A model generated the notes under the pieces. That model did not search any database. It had not been told where the DNA came from and was given only the letters and a program-made list of their open reading frames with translations. DNA of 64,000 nt, from positions 1-64,000 of IMG/VR virus record IMGVR_UViG_3300048591_000348. One strand, written 5' to 3'. This document shows positions 20,332 to 29,874 of this stretch, piece by piece. The translations under genes were made by a program, and so were the position numbers. This DNA comes from a virus. Within the stretch, counting starts at the first letter, position 1, and every line of letters starts with the position of its first letter.

Positions 20332-22056
20332 TTAAGCATCGCTGTAGTCCTGCACTCGGTAGCTCTCGAAGACGGCCGCCGGCAGCGGATTCATGTCGTA
20401 CACTCGGGACATGGCATCGATCAGATCGTCGTGAGCGGAGAAGGGGAAGAACGCGAACTCGAGGAAGAACTCGCGCACGAGATCATACAGCTTGCCGTCC
20501 TCGTTCTTTCGACGGAGCGGCTGCATAAGGCGCCAATGCTCGCCGGCCTGCTGCACGCGACGCTCTTCCCTGTGCAGATTTGGATACGGCCTGTAATTGA
20601 TTTGCTCCGATCCCTCGTCGACGCTCCAGGCTGCGCTTTTCGCGCCGTCGGCTGCGGACGGATGCCAGACGCGCGCCGGAATGAAGAAGCCGCCTAGCCG
20701 GAAGTCAGGCTCCAGGCGCTCCACTCTGAATTTCTTGCTCTCTCGCCCCACCTGCCCAGTCCAATTCAGCTCGGTGATCGAGAAGTGATGCCCGTCGACT
20801 CGCATCTGCTCTGCAAAATACTCGTCGTCCGATTGCTGGCCGAAGCGCTCGTATCCGACAGAAACAGTCTGGACTCCCGGCATCGTCGACCATCTCTTGT
20901 GCAGCTCGGAGAGACGCTTCCATCTTTCGGAGAGCGGCATTCGATGGCAGTACCCGTCGAGCAAGTATTTATTGCTATTCGGATCTATGCCGATCACAAC
21001 GAGCGCTGTCCGATCGCTCGTCGCACTCCTGCCGCGCGATGGATCGCCCATGATATAGACGTTCATCATCGACGGGCGCACCCAGTACGGGCGCAGCCAT
21101 GACGTTCTGAACATATTCTCCCGGCCGGCGATCGGATTCTGTAGGAATTGCGCCGCGATCGTCGATCGCATCTCCTTCTTGGCCGTCTCCCAAGCCTCCG
21201 CCGAAAGAAAGACCGGGCTTCCCTCCAGCGTGCCATCATCCGTCGCTGGATGCAGTCTCGGCTTCGCGACACCGTTCTCGATCAACTGGCCGTAGCTATC
21301 GGCGTAGTGATACCGCGTGCCTACCATTCGCCGCCGCGTCTTCTCGCCAATCCCGATCGGGAACGAGAGTTCGGTCCGCTCCGTCGCCTTGGCGATTTGC
21401 TCGGGGTTTGTGACGTTTCGCTCAGTGATGATGTCGTCGTAAAACAGGAATGGAAAGTGTTTCCCGGTGGGCAGCGCGTCGATCAGGCCATGCGCCTCGA
21501 ACGTCGCCTCGCGGAAGTTGCCTTGTCTCCGTATGATCAGCCCGTTGTCGAGCGACCACATCGAAGACTCTACTCTAGGATTTTGATATAGAGCGTCTGC
21601 ATAAGTCTTCTTCAGCGCCTCGTTGCCCTCAAGCTCATCTTTGATTTGCTGCAAGAACGGCCGTGCCAGGCTCTTGTTGTTGGAAAATATACAAATGCGC
21701 GTCTCGGGATCGACAAGGGCTTCCTGGATCGCGCCGGCGAATGTGGCTAAACTACTCTTGTAATGATACCGACTCCACAAATCCAAGTGGCCGTCCGGTT
21801 CGATCTCGATCTCCCGCGCGCGATCATAGATCCACGGATGGATGCCATCGATGCGATTCAGGAGTCCCGTGAACAAAAAGAACCTGTCGTTGCAGCCCAA
21901 CAGCGCCAGCTCTGCGGGCTGTAGCCTCGGCACCGCCGCTGCGTAGAACTCCATCGCTTCCGAGAATGAAAGATACGGGAGTTTGTTCGTAATCAGAGAT
22001 ACGAGACTAGGACTCGCGCCTTTGGCGTAGCGCTCTGCGCGCAAAGGGCGGGACAC
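20332..22056 (-). CDS. terL: Terminase large subunit
   Basis: Variant Walker A SRYHYKSS, Walker B LFYDD, MVGTRYH, nuclease IMGDPS...DRTA and HDDLIDA. Confidence 0.92.
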   Translation of the reverse strand: MSRPLRAERYAKGASPSLVSLITNKLPYLSFSEAMEFYAAAVPRLQPAELALLGCNDRFFLFTGLLNRIDGIHPWIYDRAREIEIEPDGHLDLWSRYHYKSSLATFAGAIQEALVDPETRICIFSNNKSLARPFLQQIKDELEGNEALKKTYADALYQNPRVESSMWSLDNGLIIRRQGNFREATFEAHGLIDALPTGKHFPFLFYDDIITERNVTNPEQIAKATERTELSFPIGIGEKTRRRMVGTRYHYADSYGQLIENGVAKPRLHPATDDGTLEGSPVFLSAEAWETAKKEMRSTIAAQFLQNPIAGRENMFRTSWLRPYWVRPSMMNVYIMGDPSRGRSATSDRTALVVIGIDPNSNKYLLDGYCHRMPLSERWKRLSELHKRWSTMPGVQTVSVGYERFGQQSDDEYFAEQMRVDGHHFSITELNWTGQVGRESKKFRVERLEPDFRLGGFFIPARVWHPSAADGAKSAAWSVDEGSEQINYRPYPNLHREERRVQQAGEHWRLMQPLRRKNEDGKLYDLVREFFLEFAFFPFSAHDDLIDAMSRVYDMNPLPAAVFESYRVQDYSDA

Positions 22057-22062
22057 GGCGTG

Positions 22063-22311
22063 TCAGATCCCCTCTCTCGTCCGCCCGGACATATGGCTTG
22101 CCGCTGCCTCGCGTCCGATCTCTGTCGGAATGATGAGGCCGCGCTCGCCAGCAACAAGCCCGGCCGCGACGAGCCGGAGCCATGATACCGGATCGCCGGG
22201 GATCGGGCTGTTGATCGGCCCGATGCACACGCGTCCGGCGCCATCGATCGTGCCGTGTCCGGCCTCGGTCAGCCGGGCGAGCATGCTGCGCTGGATGTGC
22301 GTCGGAGTCAT
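22063..22311 (-). CDS. Hypothetical protein
   Basis: ATGA-coupled ORF. Confidence 0.5.
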   Translation of the reverse strand: MTPTHIQRSMLARLTEAGHGTIDGAGRVCIGPINSPIPGDPVSWLRLVAAGLVAGERGLIIPTEIGREAAASHMSGRTREGI

Positions 22312-22667
22312 TTGGACACCCGCGCCTTCTTTGCGGAGCGGGCTGCCTTGACGGACGCGGGCTCCTGGACGGCCGGCGCCCTCGCCTGTGCATCCGCCGC
22401 CATCTTCGCCGCCTGGATCAGCGCCATCGCTGCCGGCTCGATCTTCGGCAGCGCGAACAGCGCCTCTGGCGTCTCCTTGACTTGCGTATTCGCGTGAAAC
22501 AGGTGCTCCCGATCCGATCCATCCTCGCCGCGGGACTTCATCGACGTCACCCCGCCGATAAAAAGCATCGTGATCCCCTTCTCGTCCACGCGTTTCATCG
22601 ACAGAATGGCGGCGAGATTGATGAATGCCGGGCTTCCGTCCGGCGCCGTGGCCTTAATCCAGTGCAT
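22308..22667 (-). CDS. Hypothetical protein (FlbD-like small beta fold)
   Basis: WIK.T..DG....IN...I......T.L......VKETPE pattern. Confidence 0.45.
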   Translation of the reverse strand: MHWIKATAPDGSPAFINLAAILSMKRVDEKGITMLFIGGVTSMKSRGEDGSDREHLFHANTQVKETPEALFALPKIEPAAMALIQAAKMAADAQARAPAVQEPASVKAARSAKKARVSK

Positions 22668-22670
22668 TGT

Positions 22671-22910
22671 CTATTCCTTCCCCCGAAGAACGCCTGGCGC
22701 GCCCCGAATCGCGGCAAGCAGGCGAAGATAGGCGATTACGGCACCAGGCGGTCGGGCTCTTCCCGTCGTCCAGCTGCTGACCGTGCTCGGATGCACTCCG
22801 ACGCGACGCGCGAGATCCGCACTGGACAGGCCGCACGCGCCGAGCAAATTCGGGAAATCCGAATACTGGCTCGGGAAATCCTTTGCGTTTCGCAAAGTCG
22901 CGCGCGGCAT
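22671..22910 (-). CDS. XRE HTH protein
   Basis: GLSSADLARRVGVHPSTVSSW. Confidence 0.8.
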   Translation of the reverse strand: MPRATLRNAKDFPSQYSDFPNLLGACGLSSADLARRVGVHPSTVSSWTTGRARPPGAVIAYLRLLAAIRGAPGVLRGKE

Positions 22911-23124
22911 CAATCGTCGCTCCGCATCAGCCGGATCGCGTCCCGCAGAGCGTACCGACACGTCTCATTCGGCACGCGCTCGACCGCGGTGCGCCAAGCG
23001 TTGCGTTCGTCCGACCGGCCGTATGCGACGCCAACGACGTAGCCGCAGACGGACAGGACGACGCTGATCGCGACGACATCAATGACTGATTCCCGGCGCC
23101 TCATGGCTGGCCAGTATCGCGACT

Positions 23125-23143
23125 TGTTGCGTTTTTCGCAACA
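23125..23143. promoter_or_regulatory. Operator family A copy
   Basis: Perfect TGTTGC-N7-GCAACA. Confidence 0.6.
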
Positions 23144-23170
23144 ACTGCCTGCACGACAGTGCTCTCGCGC

Positions 23171-23869
23171 TCAGTGCATCTTGTTTGCAGGCTTGCCCTT
23201 GGCGGCGCTGCCTGCGAACCGCGCGGCGACTTCCGCCAGATGATCCTCGCCCGTCGCCTGCGGGATCTGGGCGGTTTCGATCGGACCGCCATCCTTCCCG
23301 GTGTGCTCCATTGCGACACGATCGCCATAGATTTTCGGGAGCGCCTTGGAAAGCAGCCACTTGCGCGTGTCGATGCGGATGCGCGTGCGCTCCAGCGACT
23401 CTTTCCGCGGGACCAGCCGCACGCTGCCATCCTTATCAACGGTCTCCATGTAGTCGTTCACAGAATTGTCCGCGATATCAACGAGCTGATCCGCCATCCG
23501 CAAATAGCCGACCTCCCGCGCGCGCACGTATTGATTGCTGAACGGATGGGCCGGATTTGACGCCCATCCCAGCACTGCGTCTTCTCGCGGCATGCCTGGC
23601 CGCTTGCAGATAGACGTCAACGTGTGCCCTCGAGAGAGCATCTTGCAGAGTGCTTTGCCGAGCGGGATTGAGTACAGCGTGCGGCGCTTCCTGCGCTTTG
23701 CTGTCGTCTTTTTTTTCGCCGCGATCTCCGCTGCCGGCACGATTGGCGGAGTGATCTCGGCCTTAGTCTCCTCGAGATCCTTGCCTTCCGATCGAGCTTC
23801 AGCGCGGGCTGCGGCCCGCTTGATTGCTTCGGCGGAGACTTTTGGTGCTTTTGCTCTGCGTGATGCCAT
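23171..23869 (-). CDS. terS: Terminase small subunit
   Basis: GHTLTSICKRPGMP...YVRARE...IDTRKWLLSKALPKIYGDRVAMEHTGKDGGPI. Confidence 0.88.
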   Translation of the reverse strand: MASRRAKAPKVSAEAIKRAAARAEARSEGKDLEETKAEITPPIVPAAEIAAKKKTTAKRRKRRTLYSIPLGKALCKMLSRGHTLTSICKRPGMPREDAVLGWASNPAHPFSNQYVRAREVGYLRMADQLVDIADNSVNDYMETVDKDGSVRLVPRKESLERTRIRIDTRKWLLSKALPKIYGDRVAMEHTGKDGGPIETAQIPQATGEDHLAEVAARFAGSAAKGKPANKMH

Positions 23870-23945
23870 GGATTGATAGCAGGGCGGCCCTACCGGGCGC
23901 CCTTTCGTGCTCTCCCCTGGTGATGATCTTGTGTTGATTTGTCTC

Positions 23946-24224
23946 TTATACGTTCTCTATCTCAAGAGCCCGACTAAGCGGGATGTTGAGGGCCTTTGCT
24001 TTGCTCTGGGCTCGGCGAATGGCTGACTGACGATCGCTGAGCGGGTCCGGCCTGGCCTGCGATCTTGCTCGCTGCGCCGGCTGGATGTACGCATCGTATC
24101 TTGCGTTGTTCCTGTTGCGAGCCGTATTGATTTGGCTCCTCCGGCACGGCCGGCAGACGCTGCCTGGCCGTCCGCTTGGCGCCGGGATCAAATCCCGCGT
24201 CGCGCCGCAATGCTTGCATGACAT
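23946..24224 (-). CDS. Small Zn-finger protein
   Basis: CKHC...CRPC. Confidence 0.5.
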   Translation of the reverse strand: MSCKHCGATRDLIPAPSGRPGSVCRPCRRSQINTARNRNNARYDAYIQPAQRARSQARPDPLSDRQSAIRRAQSKAKALNIPLSRALEIENV

Positions 24225-24232
24225 GGCGATGC

Positions 24233-24490
24233 CTATTTGCCCTTCGGACTATTGATCGGCCTGAGTTGGCCTGGCTGGGATGTGTGCGTGATTTGAGCGG
24301 GACTGATATAGACGGCGCCCATGCCGAGGCACGTAAGCCCGAACTTTGGTGCCGCCGGGCGCTCTCGATTGAGGATTCCCTCGATTAGATCGTCCATCTT
24401 GCTGGCGTGGAGGACGCGCCCCTCCTCCTCGGACTGATCGAAGATTGCTTCGCGGATTTTCTTGGCGAGATCGCTGTTGTTCATGATCAC
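24233..24490 (-). CDS. Hypothetical protein, probably the first late gene
   Basis: ORF with a G-rich RBS. Confidence 0.5.
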   Translation of the reverse strand: MIMNNSDLAKKIREAIFDQSEEEGRVLHASKMDDLIEGILNRERPAAPKFGLTCLGMGAVYISPAQITHTSQPGQLRPINSPKGK

Positions 24491-24570
24491 CCCCCCTTTT
24501 CAGTGAATGGTGGCCTCACGATCGCTTCTGGCCTGCGGTGCGCTGATTGCGGCTGTGATACTCGGTGAAC

Positions 24571-24605
24571 AAAAAAGGCCGCAGGCTGTGATTTGCCTGC
24601 GGCCT
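24571..24605 (-). terminator. Terminator in the leader of the late operon
   Basis: AGGCCGCAGGC-loop-GCCTGCGGCCT followed by TTTTTGTT. Confidence 0.75.
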
Positions 24606-24698
24606 GCGACGACACGCGCGTCGCGCTCATTCTATAAATCAATATACGTGCGGCGCGGGCAAAACGCTAGCTGATGCAATTGCGCATATTGTCGCACC

Positions 24699-24902
24699 CT
24701 ATCTTTGCCTCGCCGCGGCGGCGCACCGCGCCTCTATCGTCGGAGACGTCCCGCCCGGCGACCTTGCATACTCCGCCCGGACGCACTCCTGGTACGGAGA
24801 GAAGTAGATCCAGAGACCTACGCCAGCGAGAATCGCGCTGGCAAGGATAAGGCTCTCGGCAACACGACTATCCATTCGGACCGCCTTTCGGGAGATAGCC
24901 AA
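24699..24902 (-). CDS. Small single-TM protein
   Basis: Hydrophobic LILASAILAGVGLWIYF and two Cys. Confidence 0.5.
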   Translation of the reverse strand: MAISRKAVRMDSRVAESLILASAILAGVGLWIYFSPYQECVRAEYARSPGGTSPTIEARCAAAARQR

Positions 24903-25172
24903 TAGACTTAAGATGCGCGATCAGTATGCGATCCACATAAGATGCCACTGAGCGACCGTCCTCCTTAGCCGCCTTCTCGACGGCCGCTTTCGTGGCTTCT
25001 GTCACTCTGATTGAGATAGCGGACGATTTGGCCATGTGTGCACTTTATTGCAATTGACGTTCATTTGCGTCGAGCGCAATATAGTGACAGTTGCACACAA
25101 ATGCAACGGGCTGAAGAAAGTGAGATCAACACTTTCTCCAGCCCTAACCACAGCGGCCGATCGGAGATCGCC

Positions 25173-25547
25173 ATGGCTGATAGCAACCATACCATCGTTC
25201 AATCCATATCCGAATCTGTAATCAGGGCAGACGCCACGCTCGCGGCAATAAAACAACTGCCATTCGTCCGAGACGCGACGCGTGCCGAGCGCGCAGCCGG
25301 AATGCCGGGGCGCAAATTCTGGGCCGTCGCATCGACTGGGGACTACGCTGCCGATCGCCGTGCCGGTCAGCAGTTTGCTCGCGAGGCATTGGCATTCATG
25401 GTCGCTCACGACTTCCCGGCGCTGCTCGGATGGATCGTGCGGGACATGTGCGCCGAGGATGATGATCGTCACCTGGGCGCAGTCGAGTGCGGCTTCCTGT
25501 CCGCCATCGCCCGCCAGGCCATCGGCGGCGCGCACGCACTTGATTAA
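25173..25547 (+). CDS. Hypothetical protein; paralogue of the C-terminal domain of 50712-51488
   Basis: GGAG RBS; shared FW..TGD..D..G...W.VRD...VE.GF motif; upstream TTGACG-17-CAATAT. Confidence 0.7.
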   Translation: MADSNHTIVQSISESVIRADATLAAIKQLPFVRDATRAERAAGMPGRKFWAVASTGDYAADRRAGQQFAREALAFMVAHDFPALLGWIVRDMCAEDDDRHLGAVECGFLSAIARQAIGGAHALD

Positions 25548-25574
25548 TATTTTGCGCCTCAATATATGGAGCGC

Positions 25575-25787
25575 ATGGCGAACCAGAACGCGAACAACAA
25601 TCCTCGGGGGCCAGGCCGCCCGAGGATTGCGCCGGCAGATGAGTCGGCCCAAATCAACCTGAGACTCACAAAGACCCAGCTCGATTGGCTGTCAGACGAG
25701 TCTCGGCGGCAGGGGCAGTCGGGGCGGACGGCGGTCATTCGTCGCCTAATCGACGACGCGATGGCTACCTACGGCCGGAAGAGATAG
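25575..25787 (+). CDS. Ribbon-helix-helix DNA-binding protein, probably leaderless
   Basis: GPGRP..QINLRL....DWL......GRTAVIRRLID; TTGATT-17-TATATG ends 6 nt before the ATG. Confidence 0.8.
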   Translation: MANQNANNNPRGPGRPRIAPADESAQINLRLTKTQLDWLSDESRRQGQSGRTAVIRRLIDDAMATYGRKR

Positions 25788-25823
25788 ACAAAAAAGCGCA
25801 ATTATCACGATTTTGTGATCAAT

Positions 25824-25868
25824 GTTCTTTTGTTGTTCTGTTTTGGGGCTCATAAACTATGGTATAAT
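25824..25868 (+). promoter_or_regulatory. Alphaproteobacterial LexA (SOS) box beside an extended -10 promoter
   Basis: GTTC-TTTTGTT-GTTC at 25824-25838; TGGTATAAT at 25860-25868. Confidence 0.75.
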
Positions 25869-26025
25869 GATTCTCAAGACGCGACGATCGGGATGCCCAA
25901 GCGCTGGACGCAAGGACTTCTGACCGACGAGCGCAGGGAAACGGCTCGCATTGTTCCTGGGCACCTCCCTAATTGAGACCGATCCCTGTGACGTGGGGCT
26001 ACCTACGGCACAGGGAGTGAGAGAC

Positions 26026-26307
26026 ATGGCACGACGCAAAGCTGTGCAGTCTGGCAACGCGGTGACGACGCAATCGGCATCGTGGAAAAGCCTTCTCGGG
26101 GCCGTCGCTTTCGGGCGCGGGTTCAAGGAGGTGCACGCCGGCCTGCCCTTCAATTCTGACGCCATCGAGTCGCGATGGCATTGGCACTACGAGCGCGGGC
26201 GCCTCTTCGGTGTGGTCTACAAGGGCCAACTCAAGGAGGGGCGCACGGTTCTCCGGGCGGCAATCTACGCCGCTCAGATCGCCTACCGCGACAAGGTGTT
26301 CACCTAA
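26026..26307 (+). CDS. Small hypothetical protein (cassette 1)
   Basis: AGGGAG RBS, MARRKAVQ; YERGR motif. Confidence 0.7.
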   Translation: MARRKAVQSGNAVTTQSASWKSLLGAVAFGRGFKEVHAGLPFNSDAIESRWHWHYERGRLFGVVYKGQLKEGRTVLRAAIYAAQIAYRDKVFT

Positions 26308-26392
26308 TGCCGAGGCCCTTCGGGGCCTCACCTCACAGGGATCGGTTGACCATCGCCTTCTGCGTGAGGCTTCACGCTAGGAGGACTGGGAA

Positions 26393-26710
26393 ATGAACGT
26401 CATCGACGTAACGATCAATGATCGTGAAATTCCGGCCGGCAAGGTCTTGATCGCCAAGAGCAAGCCCGAGGGCGAGCCTTTCGCCAGAGAGCACGAGCTG
26501 GACAGCAAGATCGGCTGGAAGAACTCGGATCTGGGGCGCCCTCGGCAAGTTCGGCTGGTAGGCCGGGTTGCTGGGTGGAACCTCGCCGGGTCGATGCTGC
26601 GGTGGGACAATGGCGCTTACGGCGTCATCTGGGACATCGACGGATCGAGGCACGGTCGCTGGTACAAGAAGTTCGAGGAAGCGGTCGAGCACTTCAATCG
26701 CATCCCTTGA
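26393..26710 (+). CDS. Small hypothetical protein (cassette 2)
   Basis: AGGAGG RBS. Confidence 0.7.
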   Translation: MNVIDVTINDREIPAGKVLIAKSKPEGEPFAREHELDSKIGWKNSDLGRPRQVRLVGRVAGWNLAGSMLRWDNGAYGVIWDIDGSRHGRWYKKFEEAVEHFNRIP

Positions 26711-26799
26711 ACCTCCGAGGCCCATACGGGCCTCACCCCGAAGGCGATGAATATCCCATCATTCCATGAGGGCATCCTGCCCTTCGGAGGGAATGACAA

Positions 26800-27147
26800 A
26801 TGCAAACATTGTCTTTGAGGCTGACGCATTCCTACGTCGGGACATGGCAGCACCTGGACAAGTGGGAGGGTCTGGGCTCGATCGATGAGATCGGCTCAAG
26901 AGAACTCCCGCTGAACGAGGAACAGGAGAACGATCACTGCGAGCCGAAAGGCCGCGAAGTGTTCTGCCTCGTCACTTCGGAAGCCGAGGATGCGAAGATC
27001 ATCTGCGCGCTTCACGACACCTACACCCAATGGGGTTGCTCGCACGAATACGACTGCTGCGGCTGCCGGAGCTACACGGCTCAGGACGTCAAGCGGGTGA
27101 CGGGCAATCTCTGGCGGGTCGAGGTCTGGTCCTCTCGGAACTACTAA
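26800..27147 (+). CDS. Small Cys-rich hypothetical protein (cassette 3)
   Basis: GGAGG RBS; CSHEYDCCGC putative metal site. Confidence 0.75.
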   Translation: MQTLSLRLTHSYVGTWQHLDKWEGLGSIDEIGSRELPLNEEQENDHCEPKGREVFCLVTSEAEDAKIICALHDTYTQWGCSHEYDCCGCRSYTAQDVKRVTGNLWRVEVWSSRNY

Positions 27148-27235
27148 CCTCCAAGGCACCCGGCAACGGGTGTCCTCATGGGATGATGGGAAATTCCCCG
27201 AGACCTTCGCTGGCAGTGAGCCGACGCGGAGGAAG

Positions 27236-27445
27236 ATGATGACCAGGGACAAGGAATTGAACCTGATCTGGAAACACACGCACCCGGACTTTCGCGGGAA
27301 GATCGACGGCAAGCGATACGTCCTATGCTGGATTGAAGGCAGCGGGACATGCAGCGTGCCACTCGAAAGCCTTCCCGAGAAAGAGCACCAATCAAAGTTG
27401 GGCTACGCTCAACGACGGGAGGCGCGGGGCGAGCGCGGATACTGA
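27236..27445 (+). CDS. Small hypothetical protein (cassette 4)
   Basis: GGAGG RBS; IWKHTHPDFRG. Confidence 0.7.
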   Translation: MMTRDKELNLIWKHTHPDFRGKIDGKRYVLCWIEGSGTCSVPLESLPEKEHQSKLGYAQRREARGERGY

Positions 27446-27535
27446 TTATGGGTTGCCCGGGAGACCGGGCTGCCTGCCAAGGTCTCGGGAAACTGTGCCT
27501 CCTGATGGGCGATCCTGCCCTACCGGGAGAGCGAC

Positions 27536-27649
27536 ATGGCCAAGTTTCACTTCATCGCCGTTCCGCTGATCAAGATCGAGCGCGGCCCCTACTGGGGACG
27601 CGGCAGCCCGGACGTTGTTGCCGTCCCTGCGAACAAACTGCAACCCTGA
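27536..27649 (+). CDS. 37-aa peptide (cassette 5)
   Basis: GGGAG RBS; MAKFHFIAVPLIKIERGPYWGRGSPDVVAVPANKLQP, read manually. Confidence 0.45.
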   Translation: MAKFHFIAVPLIKIERGPYWGRGSPDVVAVPANKLQP

Positions 27650-27759
27650 GCCTACTGGCCCGCCCCGAGAAATCGGCAAGCGGGGCTGAGGTGGTAGAGA
27701 CAGAGGCGCGGCGGCTAAACGTCACCCGCAATGACGACTAGCACAGGGAGACAGATGAT

Positions 27760-28068
27760 ATGGCCGGCAAGCCCTCAATCCCCGCGGGCGTGCATCGTCG
27801 CATCCGGCAACTCCACTCTCGCGGCATGACGCAGAGCGCCATTGCCGAGGCCGTCGGATGCTCAAGATATACCGTGTGCAAGGCGATCAATCCGGATTTC
27901 GCGGAGCAAGAGCGGCAACGTCACCGCCGCATGGGCCGCGATCGCTATGTCGCCCGGAAAGACGATCCCGACTATATCTCTTATCAGAGTGCCTGGAACA
28001 CCACGCCAGAGCGGCTGCGCAAAGTGCGCGAGGGCATGCGGCGACTCCGGAAATCCAGACAGGCATGA
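27760..28068 (+). CDS. HTH protein (cassette 6)
   Basis: GMTQSAIAEAVGCSRYTV; AGGGAG RBS. Confidence 0.75.
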   Translation: MAGKPSIPAGVHRRIRQLHSRGMTQSAIAEAVGCSRYTVCKAINPDFAEQERQRHRRMGRDRYVARKDDPDYISYQSAWNTTPERLRKVREGMRRLRKSRQA

Positions 28069-28209
28069 GCACGCCCATCAGGGCAATCCTCGCCTCCCAG
28101 CCGAAAGGCCGCGGGAGGCGAAGCGCGTAGAAGACCATGAAACTAACAGAGGCCGGTTGCTGGCTAGAGCGACCGGCCTCCTTGTGCGCGTCGAGACGGA
28201 GCACTCAGG

Positions 28210-28380
28210 ATGCACCCATATCTCTACACGCTGGAAGTATTCCGTAACGGAGAGTGGATCGTTGTCAAGAGCGGGCTTTCCGCAACTCTCGCTGCCTTTG
28301 GATCAGCACTAGCGATGCTCAAAGAGCCGGGAGAACTGTGGAGAGCTGTTAGAGAGGACGGCGACGTTTTCTACCCGTGA
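28210..28380 (+). CDS. 56-aa hypothetical protein (cassette 7)
   Basis: GGAG RBS; MHPYLYTLEVFRNGEW..., read manually. Confidence 0.55.
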   Translation: MHPYLYTLEVFRNGEWIVVKSGLSATLAAFGSALAMLKEPGELWRAVREDGDVFYP

Positions 28381-28459
28381 CCAATGCGTGAGCTTGTAAG
28401 GAATGCTTACAGGTTCGTCCCGCGCGCCCTGCCAGCGACAACAGCAGGAGAAAGCGCCC

Positions 28460-28594
28460 ATGCCCGACATCACGATCAAACGGTATGACGGATGGTGGTA
28501 TTGCCTCGTGAATGGCCAACGCGAACGCTTTGGCTATTCGACGGTCGCAGGCGCCATAGATCGGTACTACGCGATCGTAGAAGGCTGGATCTGA
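28460..28594 (+). CDS. 44-aa hypothetical protein (cassette 8)
   Basis: AGGAG RBS; MPDITIKRYDGWWY. Confidence 0.6.
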   Translation: MPDITIKRYDGWWYCLVNGQRERFGYSTVAGAIDRYYAIVEGWI

Positions 28595-28793
28595 CCGGCT
28601 GGGCGAGGCTTTCGGGCCTCACCTCGCTCGCAGGGCGCGCGGGATTTTTTGCAAAGGCCGAAACCATTGCCATCCGGCTGTGGTCGCGGAGTAATTCTCC
28701 GCCTGAAGATGGCCACTTTAGATCGACACCGGCCCACCTCGGGCCTCGGTGCGGCAAACACCGAGAGGTGGGCCAGAGTCAAGACTGATCACA

Positions 28794-29867
28794 ATGCACA
28801 CATCTAGCACACGATGGCGAATCTCGCCACTGGGGTGGATCGCGCTATCCCTCGGGATCGCGGCCGAATCCGCCTCAAACGCGCTCCGAGCCTACGGGCT
28901 TGGTGCGTTCCTCGATCGCTTCGCGGTACACATCCAGGGGCACACGGTCTCGCTTGCGGGGTCCGTCCTAGTGCTGGCCGCCATCGCGATCTCACTCGCC
29001 CAGGCCAGAGCGGCCTGGGTCGCGCTCTCCCCAGGGCGCCCCATCAGTCAGCGTATCGTAGCGGGCTTCGCAGCCGCACTACTCGTCTCGATCTCGATCA
29101 CGGCCCTTGCTTCTCATGTTCTCGATGCGCAACGAGCCAAGGGCGGTAGAGAGACAGCGGCCAGTCAATCGTACAGTAGAGCGAAGGCTGCGCACGACAA
29201 AGTCGTCGCCGAAATGCAATCGCTTGGCGAGACGCGTCCAGTATCCGTGATCCAGGCCGAGATTGCCTCGGCCCAGATCGACATGGTTGTGTGGCGTCGA
29301 TCGGCCCAATGCAGTGACATCAGTCGCGAGGACACAAAAAAACTCTGCGGGCCAATCCTCACGCTTTACAAGGAGCGTGGCGCCGCCGCACGCAAGCTCG
29401 AGCTTGAACCCGAAGTCGCGCATCTGCGGGAACAACTCTCAAGCATGACGCCGCCCGTCGAAGCCAAGACGGCTTCGGAGGAAGCGATGTCCATGTGGTG
29501 GGCGTGGATCATGGGACTCGGCGTGGTGTATCTCGCCACATTCGGATCCGTGATTTACGCCAACGAAGTAACAGTCACAGAGCGGGAGCTTCCAAACCTT
29601 CCGCCACCGCCCTCAGCAAAGATCGTGGAAGACGACAGCCCGCCATCCGGCGGCGAATGCCGTCCGAAGACGAGAGAGGAAGCACTCGCCGACCTGCGGC
29701 AGCTTCTGAAGGCGGGACACAGCCCGCCGTCTCAGGAGTGGCTTAGGGCGCGCTGGCAGGTGGGCTCAAAAGGCACGGTCTCAAAATGGCTTCGCCTTTG
29801 GGAGGACACTGCTCAGATGCCGGGGAGCCGGATGGTCGAAGGGCGCTGCAAGACCGTAGTCGCGTAA
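28794..29867 (+). CDS. Multi-TM coiled-coil protein with C-terminal HTH-like domain
   Basis: Three N-terminal TMs, coiled coil, fourth TM, PSQEWLRARWQVGSKGTVSKW. Confidence 0.7.
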   Translation: MHTSSTRWRISPLGWIALSLGIAAESASNALRAYGLGAFLDRFAVHIQGHTVSLAGSVLVLAAIAISLAQARAAWVALSPGRPISQRIVAGFAAALLVSISITALASHVLDAQRAKGGRETAASQSYSRAKAAHDKVVAEMQSLGETRPVSVIQAEIASAQIDMVVWRRSAQCSDISREDTKKLCGPILTLYKERGAAARKLELEPEVAHLREQLSSMTPPVEAKTASEEAMSMWWAWIMGLGVVYLATFGSVIYANEVTVTERELPNLPPPPSAKIVEDDSPPSGGECRPKTREEALADLRQLLKAGHSPPSQEWLRARWQVGSKGTVSKWLRLWEDTAQMPGSRMVEGRCKTVVA

Positions 29868-29874
29868 GCATTAG

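Noticed and set aside
23651-23659. Self-target for the TnpB guide (TGCTTTGCC)
   Set aside because: Only 9 nt match and there is no TTCAT TAM
25880-27740. Hammerhead ribozymes in the structured gaps
   Set aside because: CTGA occurs, but never as CUGANGA with a correctly placed GAAA core
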